Source: a virus (taxonomy: Duplodnaviria; Heunggongvirae; Uroviricota; Caudoviricetes). From it: a DNA stretch of 64,000 nucleotides. The position numbers were made by a program, and so were the translations under genes. Positions 30,111 to 41,469 of this stretch are shown here, piece after piece. Under the pieces are notes generated by a model. It was given only the letters and a program-made list of their open reading frames with translations. It was not told where the DNA came from and did not search any database. The stretch spans positions 71,047 to 135,046 of IMG/VR virus record IMGVR_UViG_3300031555_005217. One strand, given 5' to 3'. How positions within the stretch are numbered: the first letter of the stretch is position 1; each line of letters starts with the position of its first letter.

Positions 30111-30206
30111 TGGCAGGGGCTACAGGATTCGAACCCGTACCCACGGCTTTGGAGACCGTTACCCCAGTTTTGAAGACTGGTGTGCTAACCGTTACACTAA
30201 GCCCCT
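30111..30206 (-). tRNA. tRNA with anticodon UCA (predicted UGA decoder / suppressor), 96 nt, type II long variable arm, G73
   Basis: Hand fold: acceptor AGGGGCT/AGCCCCT, D-arm GTGT-AACGGTTA-GCAC, anticodon arm CCAGT-CTTCAAA-ACTGG, 25-nt variable arm with internal ACGG/CCGT stem, T-arm ACGGG-TTCGAAT-CCTGT, G73, CCA encoded. Confidence 0.7.
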
Positions 30207-30532
30207 GTTTCTATTATTGATAAATTTCTTATCAATAATATATACAATTTATTTTTTAAATATCTTTCGATTTAATTAAAAATTAATAATATTTTATCTC
30301 TAATTTAATGGATTATTCAGAAGTTAGTGGTTATATTGCCAACGCAATCACAAAGGTTATTATTTTCTTCTTTATTATTGGATATCAGGACCTTTCAGCT
30401 GCTTCCACCACTTGTAATTCCAACGTCCTCTCGTCGCGATATCCATCCGACCCCTCACAGTCATAATAAATTAATTGAGACCTAATATCAGGTAGATATT
30501 TATATTTTTATTTGTTAAATATTTAACAATAT

Positions 30533-30542
30533 ATTATACAAT
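30533..30542 (-). promoter_or_regulatory. class-1 promoter-like motif facing the non-coding stretch that contains tRNA(UCA)
   Basis: attatacaat immediately downstream of the end of gene 30547..30960. The next minus-strand feature is the 30207-30530 non-coding region and the UCA tRNA. Confidence 0.3.
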
Positions 30543-30546
30543 TTAT

Positions 30547-30960
30547 TTATTCTAATTTTCCAGTAAGTTGTAAAAATTCTACATAAGAATCTTCATCAAC
30601 ATAATCATCAATATTAGAACCTAAAGAATTATATAGCTCATCAAACATAGTTTCTTTCAATGCAGTTAATCTATCATCTTCATTTTTCTCTAATTTAATA
30701 TCAGAAGCATTTTCAAAACAAATATTACAATCTTTCTTATATACATCAACATATAATTGATCTGTTTGTCCATTATAGGTTACTTCATAATAATGTCCAT
30801 CCATATCATTTGTAATTAATAAGGCTTTATGATTTCTCAATGATTTAGAATACCATACTAATAATACATTATCTATACTAACGGTATCTTTTCCTATTGT
30901 AGCATGATTATAATAAACTACTTTTGACTTTGCTAATTCAATAAATTGATTAGTATCCAT
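30547..30960 (-). CDS. hypothetical protein
   Basis: Intact ORF. Confidence 0.45.
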   Translation of the reverse strand: MDTNQFIELAKSKVVYYNHATIGKDTVSIDNVLLVWYSKSLRNHKALLITNDMDGHYYEVTYNGQTDQLYVDVYKKDCNICFENASDIKLEKNEDDRLTALKETMFDELYNSLGSNIDDYVDEDSYVEFLQLTGKLE

Positions 30961-30963
30961 ATA

Positions 30964-31499
30964 TTATTCTCCTTTCGACCATTTATATTTTCCACAAGGG
31001 AACATTTCAGTACATTTACCATTTCTATAAATACATAAAGGAACTAGAACATCTTTTAAATAAGGAGCAACCTCAATTACTTTTTTAACGATTTCTTTCA
31101 TTACTTCTCTTGTTTCTTCACTGGCTTGGTAACATAATCTTTTTCTAGCCATAAATACTAATTCTTGTGCATTAATACTCATAATATGTGATACTAATTC
31201 CCCTTGAGGTTTTTCATCACGATTTACTCCAGTTCTATCACTTCTTTGAGTTTGAACATAATGATTAACTCCAATATGATGTCTGGAAAAATGCACACTA
31301 ACTCAATAAGGAATTTCCATTCTTATACCAAATCATAATTCTCTAATAGGACTATGTTCAGATTCAATTAATTTTCTTTTCCATTCTTCATCTACAAAAG
31401 TGGTTTTAGATTTTAATTTCTTACCAACAGTATTGAGAGTACATGTCTTACATCATAACCAATCTTGTTCTGTGGGATATTTTAATAATTCTATTTTCA
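30964..31499 (-). CDS. divergent ThyX-like protein (flavin-dependent thymidylate synthase family)
   Basis: Track ORF 30964..31296 extended upstream through TGA codons to MKIELLKYPTEQD.... The segment HSPIRELWFGIRMEIPYWVSVHFSRHHIGVNHYVQTQRSDR resembles the ThyX HETPFEH...FRHRIASYNELSGRYS region. Confidence 0.35.
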
Positions 31500-32498
31500 T
31501 TATTTAATCATTCCGCCTATCACTGCAGATAATGAATCACTAGTTAATACCTCAGGTAACTTACCATCCCAAGTATCATAGAAAATAATTGATAATACTA
31601 AATCTGCTGATTCTGTATAAGTCATTCCAGTATTTTCTTGAACTGTGGTAATCATTTCATTAATTCTATCTACATAAGCTGTTGCAGCATCTGCATTAGC
31701 TTCACCTTCAACTTTTACTGCATAAGCGGCTGCATCTGCTAATGTCTTATCTACTAATGCTTGCTGTTCTGCTACTTTAACTTGATTTTCAGCGGTAATT
31801 AAATTTGCTTCTGCTTCTTTACGAGCAATTTCAATCTTTTGTTCAGCTTCTGCTTTTTGTTGTAAGATAGTTTCAATATTTGCACTTGCTTCTACATCAT
31901 CAAATGAAGCACTAACTAAAGTAACATAATAATTACTTATCAAACTATTAGATAATGTATTTTGAAAATCTACCCTAGCAATCTCTAAACCTTCACTTAA
32001 TAGTTCAAAAATATCATATTTGATAGTACAAGATTGTAAGGATTGCTTAACTAAGTTACTTAATTGATCTTCATTTAAATTAACACTATTTGTTTGCTTA
32101 TAGAATTTACCTGCATTGTCTTTTTCAACTTTATAAATAATAAAGATTTGAAATGTTCCATATTGACCATCATTTGTTTGGCCTGCAGTTGTAAATATTG
32201 CTGTTCTATTTGCTGTTGAAATAGGTGTTACATGCCAGAAGATAGATTTAGTTCTGAAACCTTCATCCAATGTTTCTTCTAGTACACCTGATCTATCATC
32301 ATAGATGATACCTACTTCATTAGCTCCTACTTGAACAAAAGCACCAAATAATAAAATTAAAAATGCTAGAGGTGTTGCTAATAAACTTAAGAAACTAAGT
32401 TTACTCCATTCATTTTCATATATGTTATATCCACATACTCCAATAACTAATAATACCAAAATTACAAATACTACAATACTAATAATTAAAACTGTCAT
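31500..32498 (-). CDS. SPFH / band-7 (prohibitin, HflK/C-like) membrane protein
   Basis: N-terminal TM helices, SPFH-like core, C-terminal A/E/K-rich coiled coil. Confidence 0.55.
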   Translation of the reverse strand: MTVLIISIVVFVILVLLVIGVCGYNIYENEWSKLSFLSLLATPLAFLILLFGAFVQVGANEVGIIYDDRSGVLEETLDEGFRTKSIFWHVTPISTANRTAIFTTAGQTNDGQYGTFQIFIIYKVEKDNAGKFYKQTNSVNLNEDQLSNLVKQSLQSCTIKYDIFELLSEGLEIARVDFQNTLSNSLISNYYVTLVSASFDDVEASANIETILQQKAEAEQKIEIARKEAEANLITAENQVKVAEQQALVDKTLADAAAYAVKVEGEANADAATAYVDRINEMITTVQENTGMTYTESADLVLSIIFYDTWDGKLPEVLTSDSLSAVIGGMIK

Positions 32499-32518
32499 TT
32501 ATTTATTTCCTTTCCTTC

Positions 32519-33457
32519 TTATAAATTTAAAACATATTTAATATAATTATCTGAATATGATTTTAATACCTTAAAATTAATTGTTGGTTGATGGAATTTC
32601 TTTAAAATTATTTCCCAGTTATCTCTAAAGAATTCATTAAATGTTCTATTTAATAATTCAAAGATATATTTAGATGACCATATTCCACCCTTATCTTCAA
32701 TTAATTTATGATACTCTTTTTGAATATGTTCTACTGTCATTAAATTAATTATTGCATGTTCAATTGGATTTTCATCTTTTTCAACTTTATTTTCATGTCT
32801 TAGCTTACCTTTTGATTTTCTAAAATCCTCAGTTAAAACTTTCGCCCATTTAATATGGCCTCATCTGTTTCGATAATCATAATTTTTAATTACAATTCCT
32901 TCACCTGTTCCTTCAGTGATTAAGAATTCTCCGGTCTTATCTAAATAAGATTGAATTTCTTCCTCTGTTGGATTTTCTAATTTTGCAATTAATGGAATAA
33001 TATTAACTTCAGGATATTGTTTCATTTCCTCTCTCCATATATCATAGTTAATATATTTTTCATTTTCAACATCATATACATCAAATAGATATAATTTTTT
33101 CCAAGCATCTTGACCATATCTCTTTATAGTATGTGGAATTAACCACTCACCATATAGAATATAATTAGGATGTTTGCTTAAATAATTATGTAATTGTTGA
33201 TATAATTGGTTAGGAATTTTAAGTCCTGTAACTTCATTGGTATCCAACTGACATAAAGTTTCCATAAATTTACCATTATCATCTTCTAAAGATAATTCTC
33301 TTTTTCTAGATCCAAAGCCTAATAGATTATCATCTCTTAACCATACACAAGCATTTGTTCCATCGATTTTGTAAGTTAAATAACAAGTTCCATTTAGGAT
33401 TCCTTCTACCTCACTTGTTCCAAGTTTTTCAATGTGCATATATTTCTTGAATTCCAT
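32519..33457 (-). CDS. RNA ligase (Rnl-family nucleotidyltransferase); one gene spanning two track ORFs via TGA
   Basis: Motif I YKIDGTNA and motif IV GEGIVIK. ORFs 32861..33457 and 32519..32740 are in the same frame, joined by DYRNR-[TGA]-GHIKWAKVL.... The stop is TAA. Confidence 0.6.
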
Positions 33458-33482
33458 ATTAACACCTCACTATTCACTAATA

Positions 33483-33492
33483 TTATACAATA
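33483..33492 (-). promoter_or_regulatory. class-1 promoter-like motif upstream of the RNA ligase gene
   Basis: attatacaat. Confidence 0.4.
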
Positions 33493-33517
33493 AAAAAGAA
33501 ATAGATATGCTCTATTT

Positions 33518-33964
33518 CTAATTTAAAAGATCTCTTATTTTTATATTTTTTAAATACTCATCATAAATAAATTCACATAAATTTTCATATAAATGTTTAG
33601 AAAAGTCCTTCTGACCTCTTTCATATTTCTCTTGTAGATTAACAAAACATTGAAATAAATATCTAGGTGTTTGATGATTTATAAATATATTTGAATCCAT
33701 TTTAACATTATTACCTAACAAATCATTAAAATAATTATTAAAATATTTCCATTGTTTTATATTAATTTTCCTTTTATTCAATTCATCTAATAACAATAAG
33801 GTATATTTATATAAATCTTCTTTTGGATATTCATAAACATAATTAATTATAATAAATCTATTTCCTTTATTAAATATCAAACATAATTCTCTCCATTGAG
33901 ATACTAATTGTTTATTGGGTAGGTAAGGAAATAATTTATAGTGCCATAAGCGAATAGGAATCAC
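33518..33964 (-). CDS. pyrimidine-dimer DNA glycosylase (T4 endonuclease V / DenV-like)
   Basis: MIPIRLWHYKLFPYLPNKQLVSQWRELCLIF resembles the T4 endoV N-terminus [26 protein letters not shown]. Confidence 0.55.
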   Translation of the reverse strand: MIPIRLWHYKLFPYLPNKQLVSQWRELCLIFNKGNRFIIINYVYEYPKEDLYKYTLLLLDELNKRKINIKQWKYFNNYFNDLLGNNVKMDSNIFINHQTPRYLFQCFVNLQEKYERGQKDFSKHLYENLCEFIYDEYLKNIKIRDLLN

Positions 33965-34065
33965 CTCCTATTACTTATTATTTTATTATTTATGATTTTT
34001 ATAATAATTAATTAAATAATTCAAATATCAAACAGCCTTTTCTAAATCTTGAATTTCTTTTTCTT

Positions 34066-35244
34066 TTATATTTTATATTTAGGTAAGTCCTTTTTATCTA
34101 TCTTAATAAACGTCTTCCCATCTATTGCAATACTTTTATTTATAGATTTTTTTATGAAGTATTCATTAATTTTATAATAATCCACTACATCTTTTAAACA
34201 GTAGAATTCTAAATTATCTTCAATACAGAAGTAACAGTATGATTTATTTCTAGCGGCAGCTCTTGCTGCTATAGAACACTTTTCTTTCATAATCTTTTTT
34301 TGTTCCTCAGTTAACTGTCTTCTATTTAAGGCACTCTGTGACAATCTTTTTTTATACTCCTCAGAATATTTTTTACCTTTATTATAAGGTATAAAGTTAC
34401 TACCTTCAATTTTTCTACCTAACGTTCAATCTGAATAATGTAAGTTATATTCATCTAAAGAAACATGTTTAGTTATTTTTCCATTATTAATTCAAATATC
34501 TTGTGAGTGTAACCCTTTCATATTATCACTCATAAGCTTTCTTGTTTCAATGCTAAATTTCTTACCATTATTGGTTCCATAATATCCAGTTTTTTCAAAT
34601 AAAGTATGTAATCTTTTTTCGGCACTCAGTGATAATCTAAAGTCTATATCTTTAGTTAAATTTTTATTTCAAGGAATTTTACCTAATTGATTTAGGTGAT
34701 TTTTTTCACTTATTATTCTCATTGAGGGATGGGTGAATTTAGTAAGATCTTTATTCCAAGGGATATGATTAGGTTTTCATCAAGATATAGATACTTTTTC
34801 TCTTCAACTATCTGATTGAAAAATTTCTTTTTGTCTTAAATGAAATGCTTCTTTATAAGTTAATAATTTAGGTAATTTTTTAATTAAATCTTCTTCTGAT
34901 ATGTAATTATACTTTTCTGTAGTCATTAAATAGAAGGCACAACATAATCTAATATATAAACTTCTATCAGAAATACATCCACATAAATAATAATGTGCTA
35001 ATATATGATCTTCAATACTTAAATTAACTAAGTTAGTATTACTATTATCTATTTCAAGATTATTTAAAATATAGTAGGATTTAGGTATTATATGATGTCT
35101 TTCTGTTTTAAATTTGATTTTAACAGTATTTATATTATTTAAACATAATTCTATATATTTATTTAAATAATTGTTATCTATAAATACATTTAATCTTAAT
35201 AATTTAGATTTTAATTCTATATACATAAAAAATATCGCCTCCAT
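34066..35244 (-). CDS. HNH homing endonuclease with NUMOD-type DNA-binding repeats; one gene spanning two track ORFs and an unannotated gap
   Basis: HNH motif ERHHIIPKSY...NLVNLSIEDHILAHY; PWNK motifs HIPWNKDL and KIPWNKNL with W encoded by TGA; NUMOD3-like GKKFSIETRKLMS and GKKYSEEYKKRLS. At least 8 in-frame TGA. The likely true start is the second ATG (35226), which has SD ggaggcg. Confidence 0.65.
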
Positions 35245-35256
35245 ATAATTTAGCGA
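35243..35256 (-). promoter_or_regulatory. class-2 upstream motif (plus-strand catataatttagcg; minus-strand CGCTAAATTATATGGAG), overlapping the SD/start region of the HNH endonuclease gene
   Basis: Same motif at about 11330, 25003, 29987, 40605 and 62757. Confidence 0.35.
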
Positions 35257-35286
35257 TATATTTTATTGAATTACCTTCAAAAATTT

Positions 35287-35578
35287 ATTTACTTTCTTTA
35301 TTTTTATTTTCCAAATGTTCTAATAACTTTTCGGCATACCAGATAGCTTTTTTAATGTCTTGTGTTGGATTTTCTTTAAATGGATGTCTTCAAATATATT
35401 TAACTATTTGCCAACTTAAAGACGCATCCCAAGAATCAGTATAAGATTGAACCATTGAGTGTAATGCATCAATACACTCAATATTACCTGAAGTATAATG
35501 TTTAGGATGATTCACTAAATCTTCTTCTAAATCATCTTTAATTTCTTTTATTGACATGTTAAACTCAACTCCTTTCAT
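35287..35578 (-). CDS. DUF3310-like phage protein
   Basis: HPKHYTSGNIECIDAL. Extended past a TGA to roughly 35290. Confidence 0.4.
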
Positions 35579-35599
35579 AAATATACAATTTATACAATA

Positions 35600-35625
35600 A
35601 AAAGTAGGTTTAATTACCTACTTTT
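35600..35625 (-). terminator. bidirectional hairpin gtaggtttaattacctac flanked by A-run and T-run
   Basis: Seen directly in the sequence. Confidence 0.5.
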
Positions 35626-35818
35626 AATTCTTATTATGTTCTGGATGATTATGTTGATTGTACTTCTCTTTAAATCCTATTAAAGCTAAATCATCAATAA
35701 ATTCATAAAAATCAGATTTAGTGATATTGTTATTATAACATATTTCTGTTAAATTTCCTTTTTCTAATAACTCATTTTTAATCATTTGTGCTACATTATT
35801 AAAAACTCTTTTATCCAT
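35624..35818 (-). CDS. hypothetical small protein
   Basis: Intact ORF. Confidence 0.4.
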   Translation of the reverse strand: MDKRVFNNVAQMIKNELLEKGNLTEICYNNNITKSDFYEFIDDLALIGFKEKYNQHNHPEHNKN

Positions 35819-35876
35819 ATTAAATACATCCTTTCAATCGATAAATTTATTTATAATAATATACATTAAAAATTAC

Positions 35877-36044
35877 TATTCTGAATCAGTTGTTGTAGAA
35901 GTTGTTTCTATATTTAAAGTTTCTTTTATTTTATCAACATCACTTTGTAATTGAGTTATTTTTGTATTTAAATTTGACATAAATTTTTCTAAATCTTTAA
36001 TTCTATTAATTATTTTATCTAAATAAGTTTCCATATTACTAAAA
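35877..36044 (-). CDS. small coiled-coil protein
   Basis: METYLDKIINRIKDLEKFMSNLNTKITQLQSDVDKIKETL...; below the track size cut-off. Confidence 0.3.
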
Positions 36045-36249
36045 TCAATTCCTTTCTTTTATTAAATTTAGCAAAAAATAATAAAAAATAATTGTATATA
36101 AAAATAAATATAATATAAAGTATTATCTAATAACTATATTTATATAATTAAGGTGTATTTATTCGGTAAGGTAAATGTCATCTTAATTATTAATAATTTA
36201 AGAATACTTTTACTTTTAGATTTTTATATTATTATACCATGATTTTAGG

Positions 36250-36287
36250 TAAAAGTCAAATTTAAAAGGCGAATGAAAATTCGCCTT
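36250..36287 (-). terminator. hairpin aaggcgaatgaaaattcgcctt downstream of the tail-fibre gene
   Basis: Inverted repeat plus flanking T-rich tract. Confidence 0.45.
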
Positions 36288-36358
36288 AATTTTTTTAATA
36301 AGTATATTATTTATTAAAATGTAATAAATAAACTTGTTGGAGTCTCTTGTTAGAGTGG

Positions 36359-39300
36359 TTATGCTAACGTACACACTTTTGCTATATGGTTACAACCACT
36401 AATAAAACCAGTTTCAAAGTTAATAGTAGGATTATCGTATGTATATCCAGTAAATATATTTGATGTCTTATTGGAATATGTTACATTGACTATATAAGAA
36501 ATAGCGTTACTTGCTAAAGTCCAAATATCAATAGTTGCTGAACCATTGCCTGTAGTACCTTGACCAACAACTACATATCTTCCATTTCCATAGGTACTAG
36601 ATAAAGCGGCAATATCTAACACACCATCTGAGAATACTTTTGAAATATCTATTGTAGGGTTAATCTCCGAAGCAATCTTACTTGATGACCAAGTAGAATA
36701 AGTATTTCCAGTTGATGAATCATTAATATTTCCATATTCAGTAATTGCTGTATATTCTGCTGCTTCATACTCTGCCTGTGATGATGCTACAAAATCTGCA
36801 CTAGTATAAATTTTACTATACTTATCTATTTGTTGAGTTTTTGGGCGAATTATCATAGTATTAAAGGGAGTTGCTTTGTAAATAAATAAATCTACTTGAT
36901 AATGTCCACTACCTGTAAGTGATTTAAAATTTCCTCATTTTACGGAAATAGTGCTTTGAGGATTACCTCTTAAACCAATATTTTTTACGATACATGAAGA
37001 AGCAGAATCACTATTACTATATACGGAAATAATACTCTCATATCCTAAAACATTAACTGAAAATGTTGTTTCTCTTCCATAATACAAATCTACTGTAAGT
37101 TTTCTGTATCTACTATCAGTAAAATATATTTCATTAAATGGAGTAGCGCCTTGAACTCGTTTTTCCACTGTTGCAAGAGTATTTTTAGAAGCAAATGCAC
37201 TTTCAGGTATTAAAGTCATCTCACTCTTGTCAGCAGGTAAGGCTGTAACCATTTCAGGTCGGGTAATTGCGCCACTCACTTTAATAGTACACCATTGTCT
37301 AATTTCAAGATAATAACAACCATTAGTAGGATAGTAATACAAACGTTGAATCTTATAATTAGGATCAATTCCATCATACAGAGTATAATCTGTTGCACTA
37401 TATGTGGTCCAATCACCATAACTATATCTAACCAATTTAACAGATTTATATGTACCGTCATCAGCCATACCAGTAATTTCAACTTTTCCTCCATATTGGT
37501 CGGTAATTGTAATAGGTTGGAATTTTGTAACATTACCTAATGTTAATTTAAGCCATTGTGTAGCACTTGCCGTACCAAATGTGTACACACCATACTTCGC
37601 ATCAATCTTAGAAGAAGAATATGTAGAAGTAGTCGATACTATCTCATCTGAAATAACACTATCTAAAATTTCTTTAGGAACTGATTTTGTTATTTCTGTT
37701 CCAGTATAAGTTTCACTGCTAGATAAAGCAGGAATATCTCCGTGAACTGGAATAATTGATGCATATCAAATTTGATCAGTTACTGTTGGAATTATATATA
37801 AATCACAATTGTCGATATATTTACTAAAAGATCTTTCCCCTTGTAATTGTTGAACTCTACATCTTGCTTCAGTACCAGCACCGTAATTAGTAATTAAGAA
37901 AGTACCATATCCTGTTCCTATAGTTGTTCTGACAGATAAAATTGCTGTAGTTAACTTATTAGGTAATAAACTTACTTTTAAATACTGACCACTTTCTATA
38001 GTTGTTGTTGATTTTAATTCTACTTTTTTAGCAAAATCATTATTAATTTCATCAGCAGTAAGATATTTTTCTAAAGTTTTATTTAATCCTTTTAATTCAA
38101 CATCAATTTTAACAACTGAAGGATCAAGAACTTCTCATCCACTTCCTGTCCAATAGTAATAAACATTTTCTGTTTCACTAAGTAAAAGAATACAGTCATC
38201 AGGTTTTAAAACACTAACATCTGGTAAAGTATCACTCTCTGTATAAACTCCAATAAAATGACATTCTTTATCGGAAGTAAGACTGTTATCTAAATTATCT
38301 AACTTAGTTTTATATTCTTCAGTGAAGTTATTATCAGTGTGAACATAATTTTTATCTATAACAAGACCTTCTGGCTCTGTATAATTTTCAAGTCCCGCTA
38401 ACTTTTCTTTCTCTGCTGTCGTAAAGTCATTTGTTGATAACCCTTTTCCTTCTACCTTATTTACTTTATTTCCAAGAGAGACTTTAATTTCGCTATCATC
38501 ATAATTGTTTAGATTTGCTAATTTTTCTTTCTCTGCTGTCGTAAAGTCATTTGTTGATAACCCTTTTCCTTCTACTTTATCAACTTTATTTCCAAGAGAG
38601 ACTTTAATTTCGCTATCATCATAATTGTTTAGATTTGCTAATTTTTCTTTCTCTGCTGTCGTAAAGTCATTTGTTGATAACCCTTTTCCTTCTACCTTAT
38701 TTACTTTATTATCTATTTCAACTTGTAAATCAGAAGCATCAAAATTATTTAATCCAGCTAATTTTAACTTTTCTTCATCTGTAAAATCATTAGTAGAAAG
38801 ACCTTTTCCTTCAATCTTATCTACTTTATTCGATAAATTTGTGTTTAGCGCCGCGATCTCAGTTAAAGCGGCATCATAACTTCCTACTTTTGAAGCATTA
38901 ATTCCACTATTAACAGCTTCTAATTGAGTTTGAGTTAAAGTATTTTGTTTTGTATCTAACTCTTCTTTGCTGGCTAAATGAGTTAAGTCAACCATACCAC
39001 CTAATTTATCCCATTGACTACCATCTCAAGCATAATTATCTCCAGTATCTAGTACATTATATACATCACCTATTGTTTGATCAGCAGAAGGTAAACTGTC
39101 ATAAGAATCAACGGTTCCTCTATATTTATAAGAAGTTGATGTTTTTGCATCTACTTCAGCTTTAGTGTAAACATCTGCTTTATTAGCTTTTAAATCAAGA
39201 GATAAGTCTGTTTCAGTTTTAGTATAATGATTTACGGCTTGCGCAGCGATTTGATTGTCAACATAATCTTTAGTAGCTTTATCTTCTAAATTTGCACTTG

Positions 39301-40060
39301 TAAGAAAATCGCTATCATTTGTTAATTGAGAAGTTTTTGTAGGAATATTATCTACTTTATTTTTATACTCATTAGTAAAATCATTTGTAGATAATCCTTT
39401 TCCATTAACTTTATCTACTTTATTTTCTAAAGTTGTTTCAATTCCTGTTGCATCGAAATTGCTTAAATTAGATAATTTAAGTTTTTCTTCATCAGTAAAG
39501 TCATTACTAGATAAACCTTTACCATCAATTTTTTCTACCTTATTATTTAATGCATTTTGAATTGCAGTATCATCAAAGTTATTTAAGTTAGATAACTTAT
39601 TTTTTTCTTCAGAAGTGAAATTATTATCAGTATGAACATAGGTTTCATCAACTACTATATTTTCCGGTAATTTCTCTAAAGTTGCAAGTTTCTCCTTTTC
39701 TGCTGTAGTAAAATCTTCTGTACTTAGCCCTTTTCCAATGACTTTATCTACTTTATTTTCTAAAGATTCTTTGACTTCTGTATCATCATAATTTTCTAAA
39801 GATGCTAATTTTGTTTGGGTTTCATTCTTGAAGTTTTCATAATTAATATCTTTTACTACTGTATTAGGTAAGACATATTTATTAGCACCTTCTTCAATAC
39901 CATTTAATTTATTAGCTTGATCTTCTGTAAAAGTATTTTCAGGGATAGTATATATAATTCCATCAACACTTAAACTAGTTAATTCTGATTCATTTCCTGT
40001 TGTGCTTGGATTAACTATTACTTTTGTATCTCCGCTTAATTTTCTAAAAGTATAAGCCAT
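36359..40060 (-). CDS. giant tail fibre / receptor-binding protein (about 1230 aa) with tandem 40-aa repeats; one gene spanning four track ORFs
   Basis: ORFs 39026..40060, 38135..38995, 36935..37588 and 36359..36856 are in the same frame and are joined only by TGA codons (...GDNYA-[TGA]-DGSQWDKLGGMVDL..., ...YYYWTGSG-[TGA]-DEVLDPS...). KVDKVEGKGLSTNDFTTAEKEKLANLNNYD repeats. Confidence 0.65.
38400..38720. repeat. about 120-bp DNA tandem repeat, roughly 2.7 copies, inside the tail-fibre gene
   Basis: Near-identical units beginning ttttctttctctgctgtcgtaaagtcatttgttgataaccc... at about 38403, 38523 and 38643. Confidence 0.7.
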
Positions 40061-40064
40061 TTAT

Positions 40065-40574
40065 TTAAACCTCCTCTATTATTTGATATATTTCACCATT
40101 AGTAAATGTTTCATTTGAAACACCTGTATATATAAAAACTTTACCTTCATTTTCAGCTGTTAATAAACTTTCCATTTCTTCTGATGTACTTACTTGTACA
40201 GGAACACCATCAGTACCGCCTTTATGAGTACCTACTACTCCTAAAATAGATATTCCTTCTTTAATGTTATCTGCTATTAAGTTAGTTTCTTCAACTTGAG
40301 CATATTCATAACTATAAACATCTATTTTGTTAGTAGTGTTTATAAATTTAGTTCCACTAGGAGTTATTCCTTCTTCACCTGTACCTTGTTTTCTCATCTG
40401 CTCATACAATAAATTTAATAAAATTTCTAATCTATTTTGAGGAATTCCTAATTCTTCTATTCCTTCTTTATTAATACAAGCTATTAAATAAGATTCTAAT
40501 CTATTAAAGGATTCTCATTCAGTTATCTTTTCGCCTTTTATTAATTTTTGTAATAGATATTCTAAAGTATCCAT
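40065..40574 (-). CDS. hypothetical structural-module protein
   Basis: Track ORF extended through one TGA to an ATG with strong SD aaaaggaggt. Confidence 0.45.
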
Positions 40575-40695
40575 AAAATAACCTCCTTTTTAAGTTATTT
40601 ATATATCATATAATTTAGCACATAAATAGAAAGTAAAATAAAAAACAGATTTTTAATTTCTGCTTTTTATTTTTATAACTTCATTTTAATATTCA

Positions 40696-41252
40696 TCAGC
40701 ACCAAATTCCGTAGAAGTAAAATTAGTTAAATTAATTCTTTTAACTTTAAATTGATATTTTTTAGTTCCATAATAAACTCCATCGGTATGATATAAATAT
40801 TTTACATTCTCAACTTCTTTTATTTTGTAATAATCCGATAGAACTTTATATGTTGTATTACCGCCACTATAACTTGCTCATCCATAATGGGCTTGTAAAA
40901 ATAACATTTGTTGCCAACTTAATTCATAATAAGGACTTGAATATGGAGTAGAATAAACACTTGTATCTGCTTCACTTATTTCAACTTCATATGTGTGTGT
41001 AAACATAGGTAATTTATTAGTATACCCAATATTTTCAGATACAACATCATAAATGTTATATTGGTCTAACTCACCTTTACGTAAAAATTCGTATTTATTA
41101 TTCACTGGATATTGCATATACATATAAATTGCATTATCATTAGACAAAGCACTAGAAATTTTGATTTGTTGTGGTTCATAAAAACTACCGTTAGTACTTA
41201 TTTCTATTCCATTTAAGTCATTAGTTTTTAACAACTCATATAATTGTTCCAT
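40696..41252 (-). CDS. hypothetical protein
   Basis: Track ORF 40878..41252 extended downstream through TGA. Confidence 0.4.
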
Positions 41253-41469
41253 AGTGCTTATTTTTTCGTTGTTAGTAGAATAATAATCTAAATATGCAAC
41301 TAATACACCATAAACTTTTTACCATTATTAGCGTAAGTAAAATTATTAGGATTTACTTCAATTCTAATTTGATGTCAGTATTTCTTTTCTTCATGATTGA
41401 TTAAATCTAAAGCTTTACTATCTAAACATATATTCATTTTTTAATTACCTCCTCTTTCAATTATTTTAT

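Noticed and set aside
30111-30206. tRNA(UCA) as a genuine selenocysteine tRNA
   Set aside because: It has a Sec-like anticodon loop (CUUCAAA) and long arm. But the D-stem is the canonical 4 bp with an 8-nt loop rather than 6 bp with a 4-nt loop, the acceptor stem is 7 bp, there is no selA, selB, selD or SECIS-like element in the window, and TGA sits at conserved Trp positions.
30308-30475. Plus-strand small hydrophobic ORF (MDYSEVSGYIANAITKVIIFFFIIGYQ...) next to tRNA(UCA)
   Set aside because: No SD, it would be the only plus-strand gene in 64 kb, and it lies in a GC-richer segment that may instead be structured RNA.
37276-37533. Track ORF 37276..37533 (minus strand)
   Set aside because: It is an alternative frame inside the tail-fibre gene and overlaps the real frame 36935..37588.
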